A stretch of 55,065 bases of DNA from a virus (Duplodnaviria; Caudoviricetes). A model generated the notes under the pieces. It saw nothing but the letters and a program-made list of their open reading frames with translations. It was not told where the DNA came from and made no database searches. The stretch is taken from the IMG/VR virus record IMGVR_UViG_3300031957_000171, positions 1 through 55,065 of that record; one strand, written 5' to 3'. The translations under genes were made by a program, and so were the position numbers. Each line of letters begins with the position of its first letter. Position 1 is the stretch's first letter. This document shows, piece after piece, positions 1 through 9,300 of the stretch.

Positions 1-90
1 TGCTTTAGGCGACAACACTACTGGTGATAATAATACTGCGGTTGGTCACGATGCTTTAAGATTAAACACCACAGCTGATAATAACACAGC
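1..90. repeat. Terminal direct repeat / assembly overlap, identical to 54976-55065
   Basis: Exact 90-nt match by eye; the same sequence also occurs internally at 205-294 and 54517-54606. Confidence 0.9.
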
Positions 91-814
91 AGTGGGGCAT
101 GATTCTCTTGATGCCAACATCACTGGTGCTAGTAACACAGCAGTTGGTGCTTCTGCTTTAACTGACAACACTACAGGTGACTACAACAACGCAATGGGTG
201 TAAGTGCTTTAGGCGACAACACTACTGGTGATAATAATACTGCGGTTGGTCACGATGCTTTAAGATTAAACACCACAGCTGATAATAACACAGCGGTTGG
301 TAAAAGTGCTCTTGCTGTAACCACAGGTTTGTCAAATACTGCCATAGGATCTGATGCAGGTAATACTATCACAACTGGAACCTATAATGTTGCGATTGGA
401 TTTAATGCCCAACCAACAGCGGTTGATTCCGCCGGACAGTTTACTATGGGCGATACAAACATAACCACCCTACGCTGTAACGTTCAAACAATATCCTCCT
501 TGTCTGACTCTCGTGATAAGACAGATGTTATTGATTCACCTTATGGCTTAGACTTCATCAACACTATTAGACCTGTACAGTTTAAATGGGAAACTAGAGA
601 TGGTAATAAAAAAGATGGCACAAAAAGAGTTGGTTTTCTTGCTCAAGAATTACTTGAATCTTGTGACGGCAACAACGCAGTCTTAGATTTAGTCTTAGAT
701 GAGAACCCTGAGAAACTAGAGGCTAAGTATGGCAACCTATTACCTATTATGGTGCAAGCGATCAAAGAACTATCTGCAAAAGTGACTGAACTAGAGGATA
801 AATTAAATGGTTGA
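1..814 (+). CDS. Tail fibre 2, C-terminal part (14-aa NTxG repeats + peptidase S74 intramolecular chaperone); continues ORF from 53759
   Basis: NTTGxxNTAVGxxAL repeats; SDSRDK...GFLAQE...AIKEL coiled coil; in frame with the 53759 ORF across the overlap (joined ~676 aa). Confidence 0.85.
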   Translation, partial: ALGDNTTGDNNTAVGHDALRLNTTADNNTAVGHDSLDANITGASNTAVGASALTDNTTGDYNNAMGVSALGDNTTGDNNTAVGHDALRLNTTADNNTAVGKSALAVTTGLSNTAIGSDAGNTITTGTYNVAIGFNAQPTAVDSAGQFTMGDTNITTLRCNVQTISSLSDSRDKTDVIDSPYGLDFINTIRPVQFKWETRDGNKKDGTKRVGFLAQELLESCDGNNAVLDLVLDENPEKLEAKYGNLLPIMVQAIKELSAKVTELEDKLNG

Positions 815-917
815 TGAACTAACTGCTGACGATGGCTCTTCAGGTTCTACTGGTAGTGGTATTGCTCATAACAACATACAATCTACAATTATTCTTAATT
901 ATATTATTAAGACTTAA
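807..917 (+). pseudogene. 36-codon chimeric remnant (fibre-chaperone-like start fused to tail-collar-protein C-terminus)
   Basis: Translates MVDELTADDGSSGSTGSGIAHNNIQSTIILNYIIKT*; GxAHNNxQxxxxLNYIIK is the typical end of tail-collar proteins. Confidence 0.6.
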
Positions 918-919
918 AT

Positions 920-2797
920 ATGACTGAGCTATCAAAAATTAAATTAAAGCCGGGGCTTCATAGGGAATCTACTCAATATGAAGAAGAGGGTAACTGGTAT
1001 GATGGTAATCATGTTCGCTTTCGTGCAGGTAAGCCAGAGAACATGCGGGGGTATGAGACTAAAATATCTACTGCTTTTGAAGGTAGCGCAAGAGATTTAA
1101 TTACTTATAGGAGTGGTGCTACTAATACAAAACGAGCAGTCTTTGGAACACCTAATAAATTATATGCACATAATGGTGATAGTCTAACAGATATTACTCC
1201 TATAGTTACAATAGTTACTCTGGCTAATCCTTTTAATACCTCTATTGGCAGTGCTGTAGTAACATGTTCAGATGGTAATCATAATCAAACAGCAGGTAAT
1301 TATGTATTAATTAATACAACAGCTGCTGGTACTATAGGAGGCAATCTGTTTCTTAATGATAGTGTATATGCAATTGAATCTGTAATTAATCCTAATGTTT
1401 TTACTATTAATGCTGGCACAGCAGCAGCAGCTACGTCAGCTACAACAGGAGGTTCTGTTACGTTTAGTTATTTATTACCTACAGGTAACTCTATAGCTGT
1501 AGGTGGTATAGGTTATGGTGCTGCAATCTTTCAGGCTGGTGTATGTGCATCTCAAACAAGAGCATGGAATCAACCAGCATCTGCTGATTCAACTAATATT
1601 GTTTTTGATATAACACAGTGGAGCCTTGACAACTGGGGTGATGATGTGATAGCTAATAGGAATGGTGGTAATATTTTCTACTTCAATAGTGATGCTTCTA
1701 CTGTACCTATAAGGGCTACTTCTATAACAACTTCTCCAATCAGTGTTAATTCAATTATTGTATCACCAAACGACAGACATCTAATAGCCTTGGGTTCTAA
1801 TTCTTATGCTGCTGCTACTTCTGTAAGTGGTGTGTTTGATCCTATGTTAGTACGTTGGTCTGATCAAGATGATCGTACTAATTGGGTTCCTTCTGTTAGC
1901 TCTACGTCTGGTGAGGTAGTCTTGACTGATGGTACTAAAATTGTGGGTTCAGTCCGTTCTAGGAGTGCTATCCATATTTGGACTGATAGTGCAATGTGGT
2001 TAATGTCATTTGCTGGTCCTCCCTTTACTTTTAAATTTACTCCTGCTGGTACTAACTGTGGTTTAATATCTCCTCATGGAGCAGTGGATTATAATGGCAT
2101 CTCCTATTGGATGGGCTATGATAACTTCTATAAGTATGATGGTCAAGTAAGAGTTCTTGATTGCACAGTTCGTACTTTTATTTTTGATAGGTTGGCTACT
2201 AAATTTCAAGATAAAGTTTATACAGGTGTGAACTCAGAGTTTAAAGAGATTATATGGTTGTATGCCTCCACCGATTCAAATGTAACAGAGTGTGATAGTT
2301 ATGTGATATACTCTCCTGAGAATGACTACTGGACATATGGTACAGGAGTCTTCACTACATTTGCAGATAAAGAAGTATTTGGTAATACTATTACTACTGG
2401 AGTATCTATCAATGCTGATGGAGATTCTACAGGAAATAACAAGTTATTTAATAATGAGCCACAGGGTTACTTTACAGAAAATAATAGAACCATTACTTCT
2501 TTTGTTGAGTCTGCTGACTTTGATGTAGATGATGGTAATAAACTATTGTTTATGAATAAGTTAGTTCCTGATTTTGATCTGTCAGGTGGTAAGTTACAAG
2601 TAAAGGTTGTTACTAAAAAGTATCCAGAGAGTACAGAAGAAATAACTAAAGAGTTTGCTATTTTTAATAATACAGAAAAAGTTAATTTTAGAGCAAGGGG
2701 AAGGCAAGCAAAAATTAGGGTATCTTGTGAATCAAATGGAGCAAGCTGGCAATGGGGATCAGTTCGGCTAGGCTTCCAAGGTGATGGGGAACGATAG
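920..2797 (+). CDS. Tail nozzle / stabilisation protein (tail tubular B / P22 gp10-like)
   Basis: 625 aa, beta-propeller-like segments (VRWSDQ, IWTD, GTNCG, YWMG), located between fibres and ejection genes. Confidence 0.7.
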   Translation: MTELSKIKLKPGLHRESTQYEEEGNWYDGNHVRFRAGKPENMRGYETKISTAFEGSARDLITYRSGATNTKRAVFGTPNKLYAHNGDSLTDITPIVTIVTLANPFNTSIGSAVVTCSDGNHNQTAGNYVLINTTAAGTIGGNLFLNDSVYAIESVINPNVFTINAGTAAAATSATTGGSVTFSYLLPTGNSIAVGGIGYGAAIFQAGVCASQTRAWNQPASADSTNIVFDITQWSLDNWGDDVIANRNGGNIFYFNSDASTVPIRATSITTSPISVNSIIVSPNDRHLIALGSNSYAAATSVSGVFDPMLVRWSDQDDRTNWVPSVSSTSGEVVLTDGTKIVGSVRSRSAIHIWTDSAMWLMSFAGPPFTFKFTPAGTNCGLISPHGAVDYNGISYWMGYDNFYKYDGQVRVLDCTVRTFIFDRLATKFQDKVYTGVNSEFKEIIWLYASTDSNVTECDSYVIYSPENDYWTYGTGVFTTFADKEVFGNTITTGVSINADGDSTGNNKLFNNEPQGYFTENNRTITSFVESADFDVDDGNKLLFMNKLVPDFDLSGGKLQVKVVTKKYPESTEEITKEFAIFNNTEKVNFRARGRQAKIRVSCESNGASWQWGSVRLGFQGDGER

Positions 2798-3081
2798 TGG
2801 CAAGATACCCAACATTTCCAACAAGTTTTAAAACTGTAAGTAATGTAGACTTAAGGGAACTATACACTACTTTAGAAACTTGGTCTGGTCTTTTAACTGC
2901 TGAGTTAGAAAATAGAGATATACTGACAGACGCAGCACCCTCTACTAATATTTATACAGTAGTTACTGTAACTGAAATAGGAAGACCACGTAAAGGAGAC
3001 ATTGCGTATTCAGCCAGTAGTGGCAAGTACAAGGGATATGTAAGTACCGCAGTATCAACAGAATGGCAGAATTTAAACTAA
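2797..3081 (+). CDS. Small virion/tail-associated protein
   Basis: ORF coupled to nozzle stop; GTG start probably 2798 region; position only. Confidence 0.5.
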   Translation: MARYPTFPTSFKTVSNVDLRELYTTLETWSGLLTAELENRDILTDAAPSTNIYTVVTVTEIGRPRKGDIAYSASSGKYKGYVSTAVSTEWQNLN

Positions 3082-3287
3082 TGAAAAAAATGACACCCGC
3101 TGAATACCATAACTTAATTAATACCAGTACCTATGTTAGCAATCTTAACCAAGGTAATGTTATTGATCCATCTAGGTATCTATTAACACAGAAGATGGAA
3201 ACATTCAAGAAGATAAAATCTCAAGATGATTCTAACTTCATGGCAGATCAGACAAAGGCCCAGTCTAATTATGGAAGAGTAAAATAA
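3063..3287 (+). CDS. Hypothetical protein
   Basis: ORF tiling the operon; real start may be 3081 or 3090. Confidence 0.45.
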   Translation: MAEFKLMKKMTPAEYHNLINTSTYVSNLNQGNVIDPSRYLLTQKMETFKKIKSQDDSNFMADQTKAQSNYGRVK

Positions 3288-4036
3288 TGGCAACTTCACT
3301 TGAAGGCTTAGCAGACATACGAGAAGCACAGCAAAGAAAAGCCGAGCAACAGGCTGGAATGGTGCCGCCACAACAGCCAGTAGAGCTTTCTATAGGTGTT
3401 GGTGAAGCAGCTTTAGGTGGAATGAGTGAAGCTAATTTAAAACAAGGGTTTGCTGAAGAGGCAGCAGCTATGCAACAGCCTGTTTTACCAACTATATCGC
3501 CTACTGCTGAAATAAAACAAAATCTTAATAAAGTTCTTACAGCTACTCTTCCAGATGGTGATTCAATTGCTGCTAAAGCTTTAGAGGCTCTAACAAAAAG
3601 ATCTAAGATTGATCTATCTCAATCACAAGGATTACAAGAAAAAGCAGTTGGAAATAATGATATTATGTTAGCCATGCAAAGATATTCTCAAGATCAAAAT
3701 GCCGCAATAGAAAGTGGTGGCTTAATAGGTATGGCAGCAGGTGGCAGATTTTCCGGTCAAGTACAGGGACAAGGACATGGCATGGAAGATAATGTCTACA
3801 TGCCAATAGTAGAGAGACAAGAAGGAAGTCAGGTAGGTACATTAGCTGTTAGCCCTGATGAATATGTAGTAGACGCACACACAATGTCAGCACTTGGTAA
3901 TGGTAGTGCAGACGCAGGAGCAAATGTTATGGATCAAGTAATAGAAGGTGTGCGAGAAAAAGCATACGGTACAGATAAACAGCCAAATCAAATTAATGGA
4001 TTAGCTGCACTACGACCAATGATTGAAAGGGTATAA
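3287..4036 (+). CDS. Putative internal virion protein
   Basis: AAGG..GQGHGMED....S..EYVV motif of phage virion proteins; Ala/Gln-rich. Confidence 0.55.
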   Translation: MATSLEGLADIREAQQRKAEQQAGMVPPQQPVELSIGVGEAALGGMSEANLKQGFAEEAAAMQQPVLPTISPTAEIKQNLNKVLTATLPDGDSIAAKALEALTKRSKIDLSQSQGLQEKAVGNNDIMLAMQRYSQDQNAAIESGGLIGMAAGGRFSGQVQGQGHGMEDNVYMPIVERQEGSQVGTLAVSPDEYVVDAHTMSALGNGSADAGANVMDQVIEGVREKAYGTDKQPNQINGLAALRPMIERV

Positions 4037-4038
4037 CA

Positions 4039-6294
4039 ATGGGAATTTTTTCATCACTTTTTGGTTTCGGAGATAAGCCTACCAATACTAGTGCAAATGT
4101 AATTGCAGAGTATCCTGAAGAATTAAAAGAATATATTGAACAGGCTATGGCAGCTAATCAAGCAATATATGAACAAAGATTAGGGGAAGGATATAAACCT
4201 TATACTGGTCAGACTATTGCTGGATTTACTCCTGAAGAAATAGCTTCTCAACAAGGATTAAAATCTCTTGTAGGTTCACAAGGTGTACTACAGCAAGAAG
4301 CACTTGATCTTGCAAGGGGTTCTGATAGAAAGTTTACTTCAGAGACTGCTAAAGAGTATATGTCTCCTTATCTTAGGACTGCTCTTGATTCTCAAAAACA
4401 AGAAGCACAACGACAGTATGAACGTACAGCAGTTCCTGAGTTTGAACGTCAGGCTGTAGCTGCTGGTGGTATGAGTGGTCTTGGAAGTAGGGCTGGTGTA
4501 GAGGCTGCTGAAAGAGCTACAGGACAGAATAGGTTGTTGAGTGGCATAGAAGCTGCTGGACAACAGAAAGCTTTTGAAGCTTCACAAGAGGCTTTTAGAG
4601 ATCAAACTACTAGAGAACGTCAGGCTGCTTCACAAATATCAACTGCTGCTCCAAATATATTTAAGTCTGCTGTTGCTGAACAAGGCTTAATGCAGAATAT
4701 AGGAGAACAGAAAAGGGATTTAGCGCAAGGTACTTTAGATGAAGCTTACTTAAAGTATGTACAACAAAACCAGTTTCCAGAGTCAGAGCTTGCTCGTTAT
4801 CAATCTGCAATCTATGGTAATCCATTATTAAAACAACCTAATTATAGTACAAGTGGTACAGGAGGTGGTGGTGGTCCGGGCCTTGGTAAAACTTTACTTG
4901 GTTTTGGTAGTGCAGCACTGGGATTTGGTAGTGGTGGTGGTAGTTTCTTTGGTAATATGCTTAATAGGGCTGGCGGTGGTGGTATTGGTTCTACCATGAA
5001 AGCACAAGAGTATGTAAACAGAAACATGGGTGGTCCAGTAATGCCTCCTGTAATGTATAGAAAAAAAGGTAGTATAGATGATGAAACAAAAGAAGAATTA
5101 GGATTGTTTGGTTCTAGGAAAAAAGACTTAGACATGCGCCGAAAAGCTCCTTCTTTTCTTGTATCTAGAGATGAACAAGGTCTTCCTAGTATTGGTAATA
5201 TACCTTATGCAGATAAAATTCTAAAATCAAATGATACTCGTAGCTCTTCTCTTGCGGCATTAGAACGTGCCGCTCCTAATTCTGTATTAAGTCAGTCTAG
5301 AAATGAGGCAGCTACTGCTAATGCTCTTGATCCACAAGGAGCAAAAAAAGTTAGAGAAGACTTTACAGAATTTGGTGTCGCAGATGAAAGTGATGATGCT
5401 ATTACAAATCTAGAAAATAAACTTGTAGATCAACAGTCTCTAGCTACTGGTACTGACTCCGGTAAAAAAACCGGACCTTCGGGAATGACATCTCCAAAGG
5501 AAGCGGCACAAATAGCAACAACTGCTGCGGAGAAAGTAGCAAAGAATACGTTTGATAGTGCTTTAGTAATACAAAATATTAATAAAAAAACTTCTACTGA
5601 AGTTAAGGGACTTCTTAATTCTTTTGCTGAGAAATATAAAGCTCGTGCAAAAAGCGATCCATACAAAATGCAAAAGTTTTGGTTTACAGTTAGTGCTAAT
5701 ATTATGAAAAAGGGAAATGCTTTTGCTAATATGGCAGAAGGTTTACGTATAGCTGTAAATGATTTAGATACTACACGTAAAGAAAAAGATAAGTTGCTAA
5801 TGGATTTAGAAGATACAATGACTAAATCTAAGATAAAACTTGCTGGAAAAGAAGGCGAGTCTAATATAGCATATGAAAAATTAAACCTTAAACAAAAGAA
5901 TATGATTGCTAAATTAGGTACAACAGGTTTAGCAGCTTTCAATAAACAGATGAAAGAAAACGGTGATTACATAGCTGCCCTAGCTGCTGCTAAGAAAGCA
6001 GAAAATGCTGCTAAAAGACTAGATGCAAAAGACACAGACAAAGATAAGCTTAAAGTAAAAGACTTACAAGGTGTTCGTACTGCTGTAAATGATATGTTAC
6101 TGACATTAGGTGGAGCATTTGGAAGAATTGGAAAGGCACCACTTGGTACAAAACAATTAAACACACAAAATACTCTTGTAAGAATAGCTACAGCAATAGC
6201 AAATGGTGAAATGAATGGTCCTGATGGTAAGACTGGACCTGCTGCCGTTCCTGCATATTTAGCAAAAGCAGCTAGAGATTTAAGCAAGAAATAG
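4039..6294 (+). CDS. DNA ejection / pilot-like internal virion protein
   Basis: PYTGQTIAGFTP, YMSPY, Ala/Gln-rich helices, Gly-rich hydrophobic segment; position after nozzle. Confidence 0.6.
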   Translation: MGIFSSLFGFGDKPTNTSANVIAEYPEELKEYIEQAMAANQAIYEQRLGEGYKPYTGQTIAGFTPEEIASQQGLKSLVGSQGVLQQEALDLARGSDRKFTSETAKEYMSPYLRTALDSQKQEAQRQYERTAVPEFERQAVAAGGMSGLGSRAGVEAAERATGQNRLLSGIEAAGQQKAFEASQEAFRDQTTRERQAASQISTAAPNIFKSAVAEQGLMQNIGEQKRDLAQGTLDEAYLKYVQQNQFPESELARYQSAIYGNPLLKQPNYSTSGTGGGGGPGLGKTLLGFGSAALGFGSGGGSFFGNMLNRAGGGGIGSTMKAQEYVNRNMGGPVMPPVMYRKKGSIDDETKEELGLFGSRKKDLDMRRKAPSFLVSRDEQGLPSIGNIPYADKILKSNDTRSSSLAALERAAPNSVLSQSRNEAATANALDPQGAKKVREDFTEFGVADESDDAITNLENKLVDQQSLATGTDSGKKTGPSGMTSPKEAAQIATTAAEKVAKNTFDSALVIQNINKKTSTEVKGLLNSFAEKYKARAKSDPYKMQKFWFTVSANIMKKGNAFANMAEGLRIAVNDLDTTRKEKDKLLMDLEDTMTKSKIKLAGKEGESNIAYEKLNLKQKNMIAKLGTTGLAAFNKQMKENGDYIAALAAAKKAENAAKRLDAKDTDKDKLKVKDLQGVRTAVNDMLLTLGGAFGRIGKAPLGTKQLNTQNTLVRIATAIANGEMNGPDGKTGPAAVPAYLAKAARDLSKK

Positions 6295-6308
6295 AGAAAA
6301 TTAATAAT

Positions 6309-9300
6309 ATGGTAACACTACCTCAAGCTCCTTCAATACTTGATAGTATATCTAATTTATCTTCTGATGTTAAAAATATTCCTTTAGAGGGTGAAATTAA
6401 AAGCAGCTCTTCTTTACCTCAAGCTCCTTCAATACTTGATAGTATATCTAAAACTGAACAACCCACTGAAGTTGAGGTAGATGAGAAGGCTACTCCAGCT
6501 ACACTAGGTAGTAATGAAACATGGCTTGCTTCTGCTAAAGCAATTTATGAAGATGAAGTAGGTGAATCATTTGATCCAGAAGAAGCTGGCTATGATAATA
6601 TATCTGATTGGTTTGAGAACAGGCATTCTAAATATAATTGGAATATTGTCAACATGCTTGATACAGGTTTTAGTGTTGATGAAAAAAGTAACGATGTTAA
6701 AAAAGCTTGGCTAGACTCTATGGATTTATATGATGAATCAGACTCAGATGCAGGTGATTTTTTTAGAGCAGCCAAGAACGTACTACTAGACCCTACAACA
6801 ATAGCAAGTTTATTAGCTACTTTTGGTGTAGGAACTGCTGCAAAATTAGGTGGTCAAAAAGTTGCTGCGTTGGCAGCCAAGACAACCTTTAAGCAAAATC
6901 TTAGGGAACAGTTAAAGAACAAAGTCAGTAAAGAAACTATTGAAGAGATTATAAAGACTAAAGGTTCTAAAGATATAACGGCTGAAGCTTTAAAGACTGC
7001 TAGAAATAAAGCAGCTTTACAGACTGTTGGATATAAATCATTAACTATGATTCCTGTTCCTGCTGCATATTCTTCTGCCTATGACGTAGCTGAACAAGAG
7101 ATGGAATTAAATACATTAATTCCAGAGGACGTAGCTTTTCAACAGGGAATTTCTATTGAAGAAGCTACTAAACAAATAGAAGATAAAAAACGTGAAGGTT
7201 ATGATCTAGCAAGCATAGCTAAAGCAGCAGCATTGGGTGGTACTTTTGGTGCGTTGCTTGGTCCTCTTCCTACATACATAGGTAGTAAGATAGGAATGAA
7301 GAAGGCTCTCAGAAAGAGTAAAGAAGGTGCTGATGATTTAATAGATGTAAAATATTCTCCTGTGGGAAATCCTAATTTATCAGTTAGAGAAAAAATGTCT
7401 AGGGAAAAATTTAATAAACTTTCTCAAGACGGGGGCATTGATACTGTTGCGTACAAAAGTATAACCGAAGCTCCTCAACGTGCAACAAATAATCCTAAAG
7501 TTAATATAGATGGCGAACAGATTATTGAAAGAGTTCTACCAGATGGAACTACTGTAAAAACTGTTAGACAAAAAATAACAGAAAAAATTGCTGATATAGG
7601 TGGAGAACGTCTTGCTAATATTAATACTGTAGCAGGTCGTTGGCTTACATCTACAGCAGCATTACCAACTACTATTGCTAGGGCAGCACGGCAGCGTAGT
7701 AATGGAACTAAGGCTGCTCAAATGAAAATAGAATCTTCTTTAGATAATTTAAAATCTCTTCAGAAGAAAGAAAAAATTAGTGAAGCTGCTGTTACTAGGT
7801 TTATAAATAATAATGATGACACTCTTATAAAATCTGAAAAGGGCGAAGCGTCTGAAACTTTAAATAAACTTAATGAGATTAAAAAAGATATCTTTGACAA
7901 CCAAGAAAAGATTAATACTCTTGCTGGTAAAAAAACAGATGAAGAGTTAATGCGTGAAGCTAAGTCTTTATCAACTAAGTCTTCTCAAGATGAAGCTGAA
8001 ATATTTAAAAATCTTAGAGAAAAAGAAAACAAAATAGGTGTGGCTTTTGGAGAAGACGGTGGTTACTACTTCAGAACTTACGAAGCTTCGTATAATCCCA
8101 AGTATTTAAAAGAAATAGAAAATGCTTTAAGTGCGAAAGGTATTGCTAAAAGCGAGTTCATTATAAAAGTACAAGATTTTAAACAAGCTTTAAGAGAACA
8201 TCCTGACTTTAAAAAAGCTAATGAAGGTAAGCTTGATGATACTGTTTTAAATCTTGTTAATAGATTATCTAAAGATGACACTACTTTATTTGACCAACCG
8301 TTCAAAATTATTGAAGATTTTCTAGGATCAACCTCTGCTTCTAAGGGTGGCACAAGAGTTGGTAGGCGGAAAGAAATAGATACAGCCCTACTTAATCTAC
8401 TGGGTGAGGTAAAAGACCCGTACACTAAAATTAGTAACACTCTTGCTAAACAAAACAGAATTATATCTGAGCTACAATATGTTGATGATGTGAATAAGTT
8501 TTTTCAAAACATACTTACAAAAAATTCAGATGTTAATTTAAATCTAGGTGGCCTTGTTAATGCTCTTCCTACTACTCAAGCACGAGCAAGTCGTAAAGAG
8601 TTAAGAGGAACAACTTCTAAATCATTAAATAATTTATATGAAGAAATACTTGGTGATAAGGCTAAAAAATTAAATACTAATTCTAGCAATTTACCTAAAG
8701 AAATTTATGTTGATCCAAACATGGACAAGCTTATTCGTGATGGATTAGACAGTGTTTTTCCATCATCAAATAAAAATAGTGGTGGTGTAGGTAATGCTAT
8801 ATGGGGTGGTCTTCAACAAGCAGCAGCCTTTGGGCAGTCTACTCAAACAATTTTAGATTATCCTGCATACTTTATTAATTCTTATGGCGCAGTGCAAAAC
8901 TTAATAGCCAGTGGACATTTATTTAATAAATCAGCTTGGAAGAGTCTTCGTAGATCAGGCCAAGAAATGAGAAAGGGTATTAGAAATAAAGACCCAGAAG
9001 TACTAGAGTATATTACCAAATTAAAAAGAGATGGCGTAATTGATAGTGATCTCACATCAGAAATGATTATTAGAAATCTTAATCAAAACAGTGGCACTAT
9101 GGCTGGTGGTCCTTTTGTGCAAACCTATAAAAAAGGGATGGAAAAACTTTCTCGTGCCTATGGTTCTCCAGATACCTATGCAAAAATTATAGCACATAAG
9201 TCTGAGACTGCTGCACTAAAGAAGATGTTTCCTAAAAAGAGTGTTGATGAAATATTTGAAATGGCTTCTGATAGAGTTGTTAATACTATGCCTACCTATG

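Noticed and set aside
1-90. Biological terminal repeat
   Set aside because: Lies within a coding repeat of a fibre gene; more likely an assembly overlap.
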